Of a DNA stretch of 64,000 bases, positions 13,805-27,560 are shown piece by piece. Numbering within the stretch: position 1 is the first letter of the stretch; each line of letters opens with the position of its first letter. The notes under the pieces were generated by a model. That model was given only the letters and a program-made list of their open reading frames with translations. It was not told the origin of the DNA and did no database searches. Source of the stretch: Octopus vulgaris (Eukaryota); assembly GCA_951406725.2 (NCBI GenBank), contig OX597818.1, positions 40,796,001 through 40,860,000 of the forward strand, written 5' to 3'. The position numbers and the translations under genes are program-made.

Positions 13805-14290
13805 TTGGCTCAAAAAGCAAAAGCAAGGCCATGTAGGGGGAGATGGAGTTATGTACAGGGAGGGTGTTCATGCAAAGAGTTCAGGAAATTTCTGGTCAAG
13901 AGAGACTTTGAACCGAGCGGTCGTCGGCATCTTCACTATCTCGTCCGGCAGCTTATTCCACGGATTCACAACCCGGACGGAGAAAGCCCCTCTCCTTCGA
14001 TTGAGATAAAATCGTCGCAAATAGAGCTTTTCGGAGTGACCCCGCAGCCGACACTCTGGAGCAGAAGTGAAGAACAGCTCTTTCGAGAGGTTACACTTTC
14101 CGCTAATGATGTTGTGAGCGAGAATGAGATCACCACGGCGTCGTCGTTTTTCTAGAGAATAAAGGTCGAGCGTCTTCAGCCTTTCTTCATAAGACAAATG
14201 CTTGAGACCAAGAACCATGCGGGTAGCCAGCTTCTGGACTCTTTCGAGATGATGTATGTCTGTGAGGAGATAAGGCTTAATAGAAATGCT
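13805..14290 (-). mobile_element. CR1-clade LINE 3' end, inserted into a SINE A copy
   Basis: LERVQKLATRMVLGLKHLSYEERLKTLDLYSLEKRRRRGDLI...RLRGHSEKL...FSVRVVNPWNKLP is the typical CR1 ORF2 C-terminus. SINE A halves lie at 13770-13803 and 14340-14565. Confidence 0.9.
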
Positions 14291-14855
14291 TTGAAACCTG
14301 TAGTACAAGCATATGTATATGTGTGTGTGTGTTTATGTATACATATGTGTACGTGTGTCTTTGTCCTTCACTACCGCTTGACAACCGGTGTTGGTTCGTT
14401 TGTGTCCCCATAACATAGTGGTATCTGAAAAGAAACCGAGGGAATAAGTACCAGATCTGGAAAGCAAATACTCAAGTTGATTTGTTGGATTAATACCTTC
14501 AAGACAGTAGCACAGCATGGCCGCAGTACGATGACTGAAGCAATTAAACGATAATAAATAAGAGTAGGATAAATGCAAGACGTATTGTCATGTGGATTGG
14601 TTTATACGGGAGTGGAAATAAACAGAATAACAAGCGAATGCGTCCAGATACCTCAATGCTTTCGGTGGAGCTGTTGTATGCAGAGACAATGAGGTGGATA
14701 AGTTTCAGCTTACAAATTACTCTAACAGCTAACGTTTAAAAAGCATTTAAGTTATTTCTCAATGGCACACCTCAACGCTCTGTACTTCCCGGTCTCTCAG
14801 CACAACTGTACCAACTAAACACACTATTCTAAATCACATACCTACATGCGTCATT

Positions 14856-14892
<37 letters not shown>

Positions 14893-15028
14893 GACCTAAA
14901 GTATGTGCTCGCATATGTGAATACGCATTTATCTGGTCACACAAACATAGACTGTAAAAACCGCTGCTCCAGAATGGCTTTAGCCATGAATGATAACACA
15001 GAATAAAGAGCAAAGAGGAAAGGAATAC

Positions 15029-15100
<72 letters not shown>

Positions 15101-15734
15101 TGTTGTTGTTGTTGTAGGAAGAGGAGGAGGAGGAGATCAGGTATTTATTGAACATAGAAGAAAACATACGTAGAAGTTCGGTGACAGTCTTCAAATAAAA
15201 TACGTTCTCACAATTGACAGGCATAAGCTAGGTACAGAGATACACAGTGTACTTGTTGGTGCATGCGGTTGCACGAGTGTGTGCATGCGTTTGTGTTTAT
15301 TTGTGTGAAAGCAAGCTTCTGATCAGTAAGAAAACCCAGCGTCATGACGCATACCGAGTGATAAAAATAACAGGCATATACCGACGTACGCTTACATCCA
15401 TACATACATACACATTCCGCCATCTTGTTTCTCCACGTATTCACTGAATTTTTATTTTGATTGGGATATTTTTCGCGGCCACGCTGCTAATCGTCTGTCT
15501 GATTCGATGGGATTCTTCTCTTTGTTCTCAAAAGAAAAACAAAATAATAGCTCTTTTCAGCTATTTTAGATCTTATGAATTCCTGCATAACCTGTGCGAA
15601 TGTTTAATCTGCCATCATCCGCCGTAATAGCACAAACCGATGACAATGAAGTCGACTTTGCTTTTGCTTTCTGCTATTCTTTCTCTACCTCACATACATT
15701 CTCCATAATTCTCTCTCTCCCTTATGTATGTATA

Positions 15735-15796
<62 letters not shown>

Positions 15797-15820
15797 TACA
15801 TATATATATGTATGTATGTA

Positions 15821-15962
<142 letters not shown>

Positions 15963-16886
15963 TACCTCATTCTTTTTGTATTGCTTTTCTCTTCATTACG
16001 CTCCCTTTTTCTTCCCTTCATCAATAAATCCCAGATGCATTCATGTAAAGAGTGAAGAGAAAAGGATATTATATCCCTCATGTGAGATCACTAGTATTCA
16101 TTCTCTACCGGAAGTTTCCGCCATTGAGGCTCAGCTGAGGAAATTATATTTAATGTTCTTTGCAAGCGCGCTTTCATTGAAGGAAATATTTGGTTCAGCG
16201 AGAAGAACGCAATGTCCTTTTTTCCTCTTATAGTCGATAATTCCGTTATTCTGATTAAATACCTTCAGCTAATCTCTCTCTTTTTCTCACACACACATTC
16301 ACATATATACGTATGCATTTGGAGACACATATATACATACATGCACATATTATACAAACACAAACATGTGTGTGAGTCTGTGTGTGTGTGTAAATGTTCT
16401 TTTTTAATTTATATTTCAATAATTCAACCAAAAATTTTGAATTTTAAGATCTCAATTTTTTTTTTTTTTCGTTTTGTTTTTGAATTTAGTCTATCCTGGT
16501 AGCTTTCATCTGATAATAGATTTTGTCAATTTAATTTCCTCACAACATTTAATTAATTTCACGTTCTGGTTCTGTTTAATTGGTCTCGCTGCACCGATGT
16601 CTTACTTTTCCTTGGGTCACAGTATTCATATCAAGCTCGTGAGTCGAATAAGAGACGAGGTTACAATTCGTGTCTCAAAATCATTTTCGCTTTACTTATG
16701 TCGCTATCTCTTTGGAGAAAACCAACAAGCATCATTCTTTGTGGGGTTTATTTTTACCAATACAGAGAAACTTTAAAACCTTAATTAAGCAATAATCCGT
16801 TTTCTTCCGCTTTCTTTTCTTTCGGTCACTGGACGACGATTATGCTATGGGGATGCCTTAATGATTTTGCTTAAACTAATCTACCC

Positions 16887-17128
16887 CTCTTTTACTCTCT
16901 TTTACTTGTTTCAGCCATTTGACTGTGGGCATGCTGGAGCACCGCCTTTAGTCGAGCAAATCGACCCCAGGACTCATTCTTTGTAAGCCTAGTACTTATT
17001 GTACTTAATCTATCGGTGTCTTTTACTGAACCCCTAAGTTACGGGGACGTAAACACACCAGCATCGGTTGTCATGCGATGTTGGGGTGACAAACACAGTC
17101 ACACGAACATATCCACACACCTACATAC

Positions 17129-17186
<58 letters not shown>

Positions 17187-17302
17187 GACGGGCTTCTTTC
17201 AGTTTCTGTTTACCAAAGCCACTCACAAAGATTTGGTTGGCCCGAGGCTATAGTAGAAGACACTTGCCCAAGGTGCCACGCAGTGGGACTGAACCCGGAA
17301 CC
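16887..17302 (-). mobile_element. SINE family A copy
   Basis: Reverse complement of the family A body, including the internal microsatellite. Confidence 0.9.
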
Positions 17303-17431
17303 ACTCCTATGCCTATATTTATTTTTTTTAATAATTATTTTTTTTAATTACTGAGTCGGACATTATACCAAGTCATTAAGTTATGGGGACATGAACAAAC
17401 CAACAACGGTGACGGGAACAAACACAGAGAT

Positions 17432-17465
<34 letters not shown>

Positions 17466-17659
17466 GACGGGCTTCCACATAGGCCACCAAATTTACTCAC
17501 ACGGTATTAGTCAGTTCGCGACACTAGTAGGCCAAGGTATGCGCTGTGGGATTGAACTCTACACCACATGGTTGCAAAGCGAGCTTCTTAACCACATAGC
17601 TATGCCTGCTCCTATTTTTTCATGGATGATGAATTATTTACTTTTGGCCTTTTATTCTT

Positions 17660-18830
17660 TATACACACACAGACAAACACATACACATACAAACACACTC
17701 TCACACACATACACCCAAATACATACACGCACACAAACACACACACAAGCGCCTATATACATATCCATTCTCGTACACACACACATTCTCTCTCTTACAC
17801 ACACACTCATATATATACACACACAAACACATACACACACACACACACACAAACACAAGCACACAAGCCGACATATTCACCTATATACATATCAATTCAA
17901 GTACACACACACTCACACACATACACACAGACACACAAACACATACACACACAAGCACATGAGCAGATATATAAACATCCATTCACGTACACACACACAC
18001 TCACACACACTCACACACACATACACAAAGGCATACACCTACATATACAAACAGATACATCGAGATACATACCCATTCATGTACACATACAAACGACACA
18101 CACGCCACACAGACACTCACCACACACACATACACACACACCACACGACATACACACACGATACACGCACACATGATGCACACTCACACATACATACACA
18201 CACACAAACACTCACACACAGATATACACACACATACACAAATACACACATGCACATACACATACACATACACATACATCTATATACATACCCATTCACA
18301 CTAAACACACACACACGACACACACACAACACACACAAACGACACCCACACACACGACACACACACATACAACATACATACACACGCGACACACACATAC
18401 ACACACGACGAACACACACACGCGACACACGCACATACGATGTATGCTCACACATACATACACACACACGAGCATACACATACACACACAAACATACACA
18501 CACGCACATAAGCAGACACACTCACCTATATGCGTATCCATTCACGTACACACACACACAGTCACACACACATAAATACATGCACACACATACGCAAACA
18601 CACACAAGCACGTACTCAGACACACCTATATACTTACCCACACACGTACACAGACACACACTCACACACACTTACACATATATACAGAAACACACACGCA
18701 CATACACAGACACATACACCTATGTACATACACATTCACGTACACACCCACACGACGCACACGCACACACTCGACACAGACACATACACACAATGCTCAC
18801 TCACACACACTGACACATACGCACACACAA
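17660..18830. repeat. Cryptic CA-rich minisatellite with a recurring ~27-bp motif
   Basis: Motif ctatatacatatccattcacgtacacac recurs about 8 times (17753, 17881, 17969, 18066, 18279, 18525, 18625, 18719). Confidence 0.75.
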
Positions 18831-18854
18831 CATAATATCAGTTCGAAAATATAA

Positions 18855-19083
18855 CTCTTTACTCTTTTACTTCTTTCAGTCATTTGACTGCGGCCATGCT
18901 GGAGCACCGCCTTTAGTCGAGCAAATTGATCCCAGGACTTATTCTTTGTAAGCCTAGTACTTATTCTGTCGGTTTCTTTTGCCGAACCTTCAAGTTACGG
19001 AGACGTAAACACACCAGCATCGGTTGTGAAGCGATGCTGGAGGGACAAACACAGACACACAAACATATACACACACATACACA

Positions 19084-19161
<78 letters not shown>

Positions 19162-19472
19162 ATACAAACAAGAAAACAAAAACAAAAAAACAACAACGCA
19201 AGGACGTGGAACAAATAAAGTATTATTGGACGCTCAGGAAAGAAGGGAAGAAGGAGGGTTTGACGTTTCGAGCGGAGCTCTTCGTCGGAAACATAGGAGA
19301 AGGAAAGACCTCGAGAAGGGAAGACATATATACGACGGGCTTCTTTTCAGTTTCCATCTACCAAATCCACTCACAAGGCCTTGGTCGGCCCGAGGCTATA
19401 TTAGAAGACACTTGCCCAAGGTTCCACGCTGTGGGATTGAACCCAGAACCATGTGGTTGGTAAGCAAGCTAC
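18855..19472 (-). mobile_element. SINE family A copy with a pLTR-like insert in its internal microsatellite
   Basis: 3' half at 18855-19060, insert at 19157-19325, 5' half at 19330-19472. Confidence 0.9.
19258..19292 (-). ncRNA. Minimal hammerhead ribozyme motif (U4C, extra A) in a Penelope-like pLTR fragment
   Basis: Minus strand: GTTT-CCGACGA-A-GAGC tcc GCTC-GAAAC-GTC-AAAC; palindromic ACGT in place of stem III, GUC site. Confidence 0.7.
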
Positions 19473-20350
19473 TTTATTTCAAAAACTTTTGCCATAAAGG
19501 CATGATAAAGAGTAGCTTGTGGGCTGGACAGAAACATTAATGAGATGGATGATGAAATAAAATGATATTAAAGGGAGAAGACAAAAAACGCAGGCTGATC
19601 TTTTACTTCTCTAAAACATTATCTTTAACACAAAAAACAAACCGATCTATTGAACCTCTTACTTCTGTTTTTAAAATTATTGGACTTAATAGTCAATTTA
19701 CAAACTGAGGCGCTGAGCATCTTACACATTGAAACATTATAACACTGAGACGTTTCAACCTCTTGTCAATTTTCCTCCCCAACATCGCTTGCGCCCGTAT
19801 ACTCCGCCATCACCCACGCCTCATCTAAAACCAAGGCGAGCTCCGAGTCGGCGTAGCCCGGCCACAAGCGATATTCCTCTCTGAGTCCCTCCAGCCTACG
19901 TACCACGAGCAACGTTATAGCCTCCACAGCTATCGGCGGAGGCCATTCGGGTTCCCGTGTGAAAGTTAAAGATATTCCCTTATAGTGTTTTTCCACCACC
20001 TTTTCTACCTCTCCACCTCTGTAGAAGAAGACCAATAATTTGTCTTCCTCCGGGGTCGAGGAAGTCAATTCTACCGTTGGCGGCACAATTCACACCAACG
20101 GTGTCTCTTCCCCTGCCGGTGGCACAACCCCTACCGACGGGGTTCCGGGACATTCCGGTGGTATGTCACCGACTGCCGGCAATGTCCCGTTTTTCTTCCT
20201 CTTCCTCATTTTTCCTTCTCAACTGGGGGAGGGTGCGTCTCCTCCGTGACCGGGAGATTCACCTCCCCTCCCTTATCCCTAGAATCCTTTGGTGAACACA
20301 CATTATTGCTCACCTTCTTCCTCTTGGTGCCCTTCTTTGAGGAGTCCTCC
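19473..20350 (-). mobile_element. 5'-truncated retroposed element with an unidentified ORF C-terminus and 3' UTR ending in AATAAA
   Basis: GC-rich block. A K/R/E-rich linker precedes ...EEDKLLVFFYRGGEVEKVV...PEWPPPIAVEAITLL...GEEN* (stop at 19766). The ~290-bp UTR ends at AATAAA (19473-19478), abutting a decapitated SINE. Confidence 0.5.
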
Positions 20351-20600
20351 GCCCGGCGTGCTAACGTTTATTTCATTATTGCCTACGAGGGGCTAAACAT
20401 AGAGGGGATAAATAAGGACAGACAAATGGATTAAGTCGATTATATCGACCCCAGTGCGTAACTGGTACTTATTTAATCGACTCCGAAAGGATGAAAGGCA
20501 AAGTCGACCTCGGCGGAATTTGAACTCATAACGTAACGGCAGACGAAATATCGCTAAGCATTTCGCCCGGCGTGCTAACGTTTCTCTCAGCTCGCCGCCT
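20350..20600 (-). mobile_element. SINE family B copy plus start of a second unit
   Basis: Reverse complement of the family B head, Nin-like domain and spacer. Confidence 0.85.
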
Positions 20601-20943
20601 GAACATGAGACTAATATTGAATGACAAGTTTGCAGTAGTTGAATACTAGTGTAAAGGTCGTACTTACTTTAGCGCGCTGAAACGGATTAAAAATGTAGTG
20701 TCCGTCTTGGACGTGTCCCAGTATGGCCGCAGACTAATAACTGAAACAAGTAAAAAGATAAAAAGTATATTATGTTACAATATATAATACAACATTACAA
20801 ATTTGGGAACTAAATTGTTATACAATGCTACAATAAGTCTTCCTAATTTTGGCACAAGGACAGCAAGTTTTCAAAAAAGGGGGTAGGTTGATCACATCGA
20901 CTCCAGAACTCAACTGTCATTTATATATACATACATACATACA

Positions 20944-20977
<34 letters not shown>

Positions 20978-20985
20978 AAATATTA

Positions 20986-21016
<31 letters not shown>

Positions 21017-21019
<3 letters not shown>

Positions 21020-21182
21020 CGCAGGAGTGGCTGTGTGGTAAGTAGCTTGCTAACCAACCACATGGTTCCGGGTTCAGTCCCACTGCGTGGCATCTTGGGC
21101 AAGTGTCTTCTGCTATAGCCCCGGGCCGACCAATGCCTTGTGAGTGGATTTGGTAGACGGAAACTGAAAGAAGCCTGTCGTA

Positions 21183-21225
<43 letters not shown>

Positions 21226-21445
21226 TTGTGTGTCTGTGTTTGTTCCCCTAGCATTGCTTGACAACCGATGCTGGTGTGTTTACGTCCCCGTCACTTAACG
21301 GTTCGGCAAAAAGAGACCGATAGAATAAGTACTGGGCTTACAAAAAGAATAAGTCCCGGGGGTCGATTTGCTCGACTAAAGGCGGTGCTCCAGCATGGCC
21401 GCAGTCAAATGACTGAAACAAGTAAAAGAGTAAAGAGTAAAGAGT
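21017..21445 (+). mobile_element. Full-length SINE family A (tRNA head, CORE-like segment, internal microsatellite, (AAAGAGT)n tail)
   Basis: ggcgcaggagTGGCTGTGTGGtaag (A box), GGTTCAGTCCC (B box), tcttgggcaagtgtcttc, (TA)n(TG)n, tail gactgaaacaagtaaaagagtaaagagt. More than 12 copies or fragments occur in the window. Confidence 0.92.
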
Positions 21446-21617
21446 ATATATATATATAGGTGAGAAAGTTGGTGTGTGAAAGCACGTTGGGTGTATAAAA
21501 AATAGAAAAGAGTGAAAAACTACAGAAGGCGGCTTGTTTTATAAGGTTAAAGAATATATTTAAGTCGTTATGTTAGAAAAATATCATGAAATTTTGTGTA
21601 TAGTAACATAGTTTTTG

Positions 21618-21656
21618 GAGAAATAACCGGTTTCGTGTAAACTTTTCAAATTTCTC
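21618..21656 (-). ncRNA. Minimal hammerhead motif (U3:A8 variant) in left inverted pLTR
   Basis: Reverse complement is identical to 23313-23351. Confidence 0.7.
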
Positions 21657-23312
21657 AAATTTCTTTACCTACATCGTGTCTTGTCTTCGTTATGAAGTGC
21701 AAAGAAGAGTTCCAGGCAGGGGGAGGTAATAAGAGATTTCTTCCGGTATAAGGGAGATAATCGCTTTTTTTGTCAAGGAAGAAACAATCATGGTTTCATT
21801 TGATGTAGCTAATTATGGACTAGAGGCAATACAGTTCTGGCTGGACCATTTTCTGGAAGAAATACCAAAAAGGATCAGTAAAGAATTCATTACTAAATCA
21901 GTTGAATTCATCCTACAAAATAACCACTTCATGTTTCACAATACATTTTACCGTCAAAAATCCGGAATTGCTATGGGTACAAGGGCAGCACCAGTCATTG
22001 CGAACCTAATAATGGGCTACCTGGAAATAATTATATACCAGGAATCTTTATCGACCTTTGGAAACCCCCTTTCTCAACGCATAAAAGAGAATTGGAAAAA
22101 ATTCCTGGACGACTGTTTTATACTCTGGAATGAAAACACAGATAAACTCTTAAAATTCAAAAACCTATTGAACAGCATCAACCCAAATATGCAGTTCACA
22201 ATTGAGTACAACCAAAAGGAGCTTCCATTCTTAGATATACTAATTTTAAAAAATTAACCTTAAAATAGAAACATACATTTTTTACAAAGCCACAGACGCC
22301 AAACAATACCTACTTTTTGATTCATGCCACCCAAGACACACTAAAACAAACATCCCTTTCAACCTTGCAAGAAGGATATGCACAATAGTGTCAGAACAAA
22401 ATACCAGGAACTTTAGACTACAAGAATTCAAAAACACCCTAATTAACAGGCACTACCCAGTTCAACTCATAGAAGATGGGATCAGACGTGCAACAGAAAT
22501 CGACATAGAAACTTTGAGAAAAGTTCAACACAACAACACACCTTCCCCGAAAATACTGCCTTACATATCCACATACAACCCCAGAAACGAAGAAGCCTTC
22601 ACCATCATCACTCAGAATTTACCAATTCTTCATAAGGACCCCAAATAAGAGGAAATTCTAAACATACATAAAATCATTAAAAGCTACAAACAACCTAAAT
22701 CACTTAAAAAGATTCTCACAAAGGCAAAATTGTTTTCTGAAATTACGGATGCAAAAGTTAAAAAATGTGGTAGACCAAACTGTGCAACACGCCCAAACCT
22801 TCTAGAAGGATTAGAATTCCTTTTCAAAGAGGGACAAAAATTCAAGATCAGATCTAATTTTATTTGTGCTTCTGAAAACGTAATTTATGTCATGAGATGC
22901 TCGGGCTGAATCAAAACTACGTAGGGTTCACGGAATTATCACTCAGACACAGATGCACTCTGCATCGACAACAGATTGCATTCCCAGAATATCCTTTAGT
23001 GAGCATATTGAGAAATGCGCAAGGCAACTACTACCACAATTTTTAATCTTTCCATTCTATCAATGTGCTATTGGAACACCAACACAAATTAGATTAAACA
23101 AGGAAACATTTTTCATTGAAAAATATAAGCCTGAACTTAACCATCCTAACATTCTTATACAGAGAAACTCATCTCATTAATAAAAAAAAGATAATAAAAA
23201 AAGCGATTATCTCCCTTATACCGGAAGAAATCCCTTATTACCTCCCCCCCTGCCTGGAACACTTCTTTGCACTTCATAACGAAGACAAGACACGATGTAG
23301 GTAAAGAAATTT

Positions 23313-23351
23313 GAGAAATTTGAAAAGTTTACACGAAACCGGTTATTTCTC
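23313..23351 (+). ncRNA. Minimal hammerhead motif (U3:A8 variant) in Penelope 3' pLTR
   Basis: GAGAAAT-TTGAAAA-GT ttac AC-GAAAC-CG-GTT-ATTTCTC: 7-bp stem I, 2-bp stem II and palindromic ACCGGT, at the position expected for a PLE pLTR hammerhead. Confidence 0.75.
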
Positions 23352-23462
23352 CAATAACTATGTTACTATACACAAAATTTCATAACATTTTTCTAACATA
23401 ACGACTTAAATATATTCTTTAACCTTATAAAACAAGCCTTCTGTAGTTTTTTCACTCTTTTC

Positions 23463-23522
<60 letters not shown>

Positions 23523-23973
23523 GTCGGTTGTCTATATACTCCTCATTCCGAGCATTCAACGACAATATAAGTCTTCAAAGACAGTTGCTCCCATAAATTC
23601 TAAAATAAAATTTAGTATTTATGGAGGGTCAAAGTTGCGAACAAAAATAGGACAGTGGAAATATAAAAGAAAACCGAACAAAAACAAACACAGAGGGTTA
23701 TATATATATATATATATATATCTATATATATATATATATATATATATATCTTATTCGTCTTCTTCTTCTTCCCTACCAAGAATTCACCACGACCTCAAAC
23801 CCACGAGAGTAAACAAGACAGAGACAGGCAGAAACAAGGAAAATGCCCTTTGTATTTTTGAATATCATACAAATATTTTTTTACAAAACTTTACTTTTAA
23901 TTTTTCCTAAATTAAATTGTTTTCCATACTTACAATTGAAAAAGTCTCAATGACTGAAACCGGTACGGAAATG

Positions 23974-24028
<55 letters not shown>

Positions 24029-24893
24029 TCTTTATTTTAAATGTTAAATGTGCTTAAATCCCTTCCTGATGAGTAAAAACTCTTGAATCATCCCCACTAT
24101 TTCATGATCAATCAATTGTTATGAGATGAAAGGTAAAAATTTAACTTAACACGATTTTGATACAGTAAAGAGTCGAAACTTTCCTTAAAATTCATTGATA
24201 TCAGCAGCTTCATAAATGAAATACATAGGACATACGTTGCTGCGAGGAAACCATGCTGAAGAGAAGCTGCTATAAAGAGAAACTCGTTGTAATGTGAGAG
24301 AGGCAATCGTTAAAACAGTATACTTGCCAATTAAGGTTTACGGCAAAGTTTAGAAAGAAGCATTCCATTATTTACTTACGATGTTAAAGTGTTATTTATT
24401 TAATCGATACGTGTATGTATATTCGTATACATACACACATGCATACAAATAGATTCGTGCTCACTAACACAAACACATATATACACATACATACATATAT
24501 GTAAATATATATATATACATATATATTATATATACACGTGTATGTATGTGTATGTTTGGAATTACTTGAAGCCGTTAAAACGTTCTTCGATGCATTGTAG
24601 AAAAACTGAATCCATAGAAAATTTAAGAGCCGTTTTGGTTGTTCTTTTATTTCTTGTTATTCCTCTTGTTTTGTTTTGTTTTGTTTCTTTCTTTTATTCT
24701 ATTTCTTTGGGGCTTGAAAGCTAATTTCGTCAATCTATGTCAGACTATTTAAACCTATGGCACGGCTGTTGCTCAGAAATACATGTGCAAACACCTCAAA
24801 TAGAGCATAATTACACTAAATGCTCACAAACAAAGCATGTGTGTGTGGCAGAGAGGGGGAGGAAGAGCAAGAGACAGACGGAGACAGAAAGAA

Positions 24894-24950
<57 letters not shown>

Positions 24951-25914
24951 GTTGGAATGGCACAAAGAGAGAGAGTAACTGACAGAGAGTGAAAGGTGTG
25001 CGTATGAGTGGGAGGTTCAAGTATTAATGGTTCTGTATTTTCAATCAACACGTTAGTATCAAAATGGTAAAATGGTTCCATGAGAATTTCCATTAAGTTT
25101 ATTATTCCATCTCTGCATGTCAAATATATGTGAACATATCACACGATTAAGAGCGTGAAACTGAGATGTTGTGATGTTCATTCGTTTCAAATGTGTATTT
25201 GCGGCACGAGTGAGACAAGATTGCTTCAAGCTGGAATCAAAACAAGATTCTAGGAAATTGTGTTTTTTATGTTTTTTTCCTCTTATTATGGTCTATTGAT
25301 CACTCCTCTTCTAAGGAAGACTATAGGGGAAAAAGTCTGACAATAAATATTTATAGCGCTATGATCTTTTTGTCCTGAGTTCGAATTTCATCTAACTCGA
25401 CTTGACCATTCAATGCCATTTCTTTACTGGATTCCGTTTAATGCATCGTTCCTTCTCCCATAGGTTGTAACCGCGTGCGAATATGTTGTAAAAACACAAA
25501 GGAAATGTATGTAGTCACTCGTCCTAGGGGGTCGGTAGGGGCGCTATTTTGTTGTTGGTAATATGTGTTCTTTTTTGTTGGGTCCGGGGACAGCAAACGG
25601 AAGATCTAATGCCCGGCCTGCTAAAAATAGTAACCAAATTTCTTTCATTTCGTGTACAACTACCTTAAGACGATGAAACCTGTTGGCCAGTGTGATCTGA
25701 AATAAACTTGATGGGTATGACTGCAATGATAATTACGTTGGGTTTTTTTCCGTTCTGAGTTTAATGCAGTCCAGGTCGACTTTCCCTTCTTTCACTCCAT
25801 TCGGAGTACGTTAAAGTAATTCTCGGATAGATGCAAAAGTTGAAAGCAATTTTAATAGAAGGAACGGGGTGGGGGATGAGGTGGGGGAGACATCAATAAA
25901 ATGCCATAAAAGTA

Positions 25915-26350
25915 CAGGCGATGAGCTGGCAGAATCGTTAGCACTCCGGGCGAAATGATTTGCGGAACTTAGTCCGTCCTTACGTTCTGAGGTTGACTTT
26001 GCCTTTCGTCCTTTCGGGATCGATAAATTAAATACCAGTTACGGACTGGGGACGATCTAATCGACTGGTCTCCTCCTACCAAATTTCAGGCCTTGTGTCT
26101 ATAGTAGAAAGGATTATATTAATATCGTTCAGAAGGCGGTGAGCAGGCAGAATCGTTAGCACGCCGGACAAAATACTTAACGGAATTTCGTCCGTCCTTA
26201 CGTTCTGAGTTCAAATTCCGCCCAAGTCCACATTGCCTTTTATCTTTTCGGCGTCGATAAATTAAGTACCAGTGAAACACTGGGGTCGACGTAATTGACA
26301 ACTCCTATCCTCTCAAATTTCAGGCCTTGTGCCTTTAGTAAAAATCATTA
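25915..26350 (+). mobile_element. Two adjacent SINE family B monomers with the alternative tail
   Basis: Each has gagctggcagaatcgttagc...gtcgataaattaa.taccag...aaatttcaggccttgtg...tagtagaaaggattat. Confidence 0.8.
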
Positions 26351-26769
26351 TATTGATATCGTTTATTAAACCTGGCTAAATGTCATTGTATATTGTCACA
26401 TTAACTTAGATAATCAAATAAACACCATCGCATTTTCTGAATAAAAGCAAAACTTTGCCTAATTTTAACTCTTTCCTCTATGAATATGAACATTGAAACA
26501 AATAAATAGAGGCTTGCACCTAAAAGTTCGCTACCATGTCAAGACTATATAAATTCATATACTATACTTGAAGTTTCATGGAAAACGTACTAACGTCATC
26601 AAAGAACTGTATATTATCTTCTGAATGACTCTGTAATTTATTACTTAATATAAAGACGTGTTTTACGGTAGAATTGCAGCAAAGGTAAAACATCGTGTTA
26701 ATGAAATAGTTATGTTTCTTAAAACGAACGTCAATGAAAATTTATTCTATAAAGGATTATACATACATG

Positions 26770-26880
<111 letters not shown>

Positions 26881-27560
26881 CTCATCGATTTAGGATTTAT
26901 ATATCAAATATATATCAATTAACAACATAGAAGTTAAAATCTTGTCCACACATAGAACAGATGCAACAATCAGACAAATTACAGAAGCTACACACATAAT
27001 AGAAGATAAACCTAGCCTGAATAGGAAACTGGAATGGAACACTAGCACACACCACAACATATGACGGTAGAGGATCCCCATAAACTGGTTACAATATAAA
27101 CAAAACCGAAAACATAATAAATAAAACACACAGATAAATAAACAAATAGAAATAAATAACTATATAAGTTTTTTTTGTTTAATTTAAAATATTTTAAAAA
27201 ATTTATTATCATTATTATTACTAGTATTGTTGTTATACATACATACATACATACATACATACATACATACATACATACATACATACATACATACAAGCAT
27301 ACGTAATGAAAATAATAATAAGTGGATGTAAACACATGAACAAAATAAGAATAAACAAAAACAACAACAACAACAAAAACAAATTACACGAACGTATATA
27401 AACAGAAGATACAAATATTACAGGTATCCCCCCACACACACACTAACTAAACATAGACGCACATAGAGATATAAGCATGCGCAAATGAAGACATACACTA
27501 GAAATACAAAATGGCTAACGGTTAGTAAGGAGAGACACAAATAAGAAAGAAGAAAACAAA

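Larger units (their letters stand above)
21459..23466 (+). mobile_element. Penelope-like element (Neptune type), 5'-truncated, with inverted pseudo-LTRs
   Basis: RT motifs (SFDV, QKSGIAMGT, WKKFLDDCF, ELPFLDI), thumb, CGRPNC Zn motif and GIY-YIG (NVIYVMRC..YVG) with several stops and frameshifts. 21500-21771 is a near-perfect inverted copy of 23196-23466. (TA)n on both sides. Confidence 0.93.

Noticed and set aside
17539-18813. 424-aa His/Thr-rich ORF
   Set aside because: CA-rich cryptic repeat that is nearly unable to form stop codons; the ORF starts inside a reversed SINE.
19744-19772. TTGACAA..GAAACGTC on the minus strand as a hammerhead
   Set aside because: No stem I and no viable stem II; overlaps an ORF stop codon.
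21017-21092. tRNA gene (also 56921-56990)
   Set aside because: A/B boxes are present but there is no complete cloverleaf; each continues into a multi-copy SINE body.
24066-24090. CTGATGAG hammerhead core
   Set aside because: Not followed by GAAA or stem III at a compatible position.
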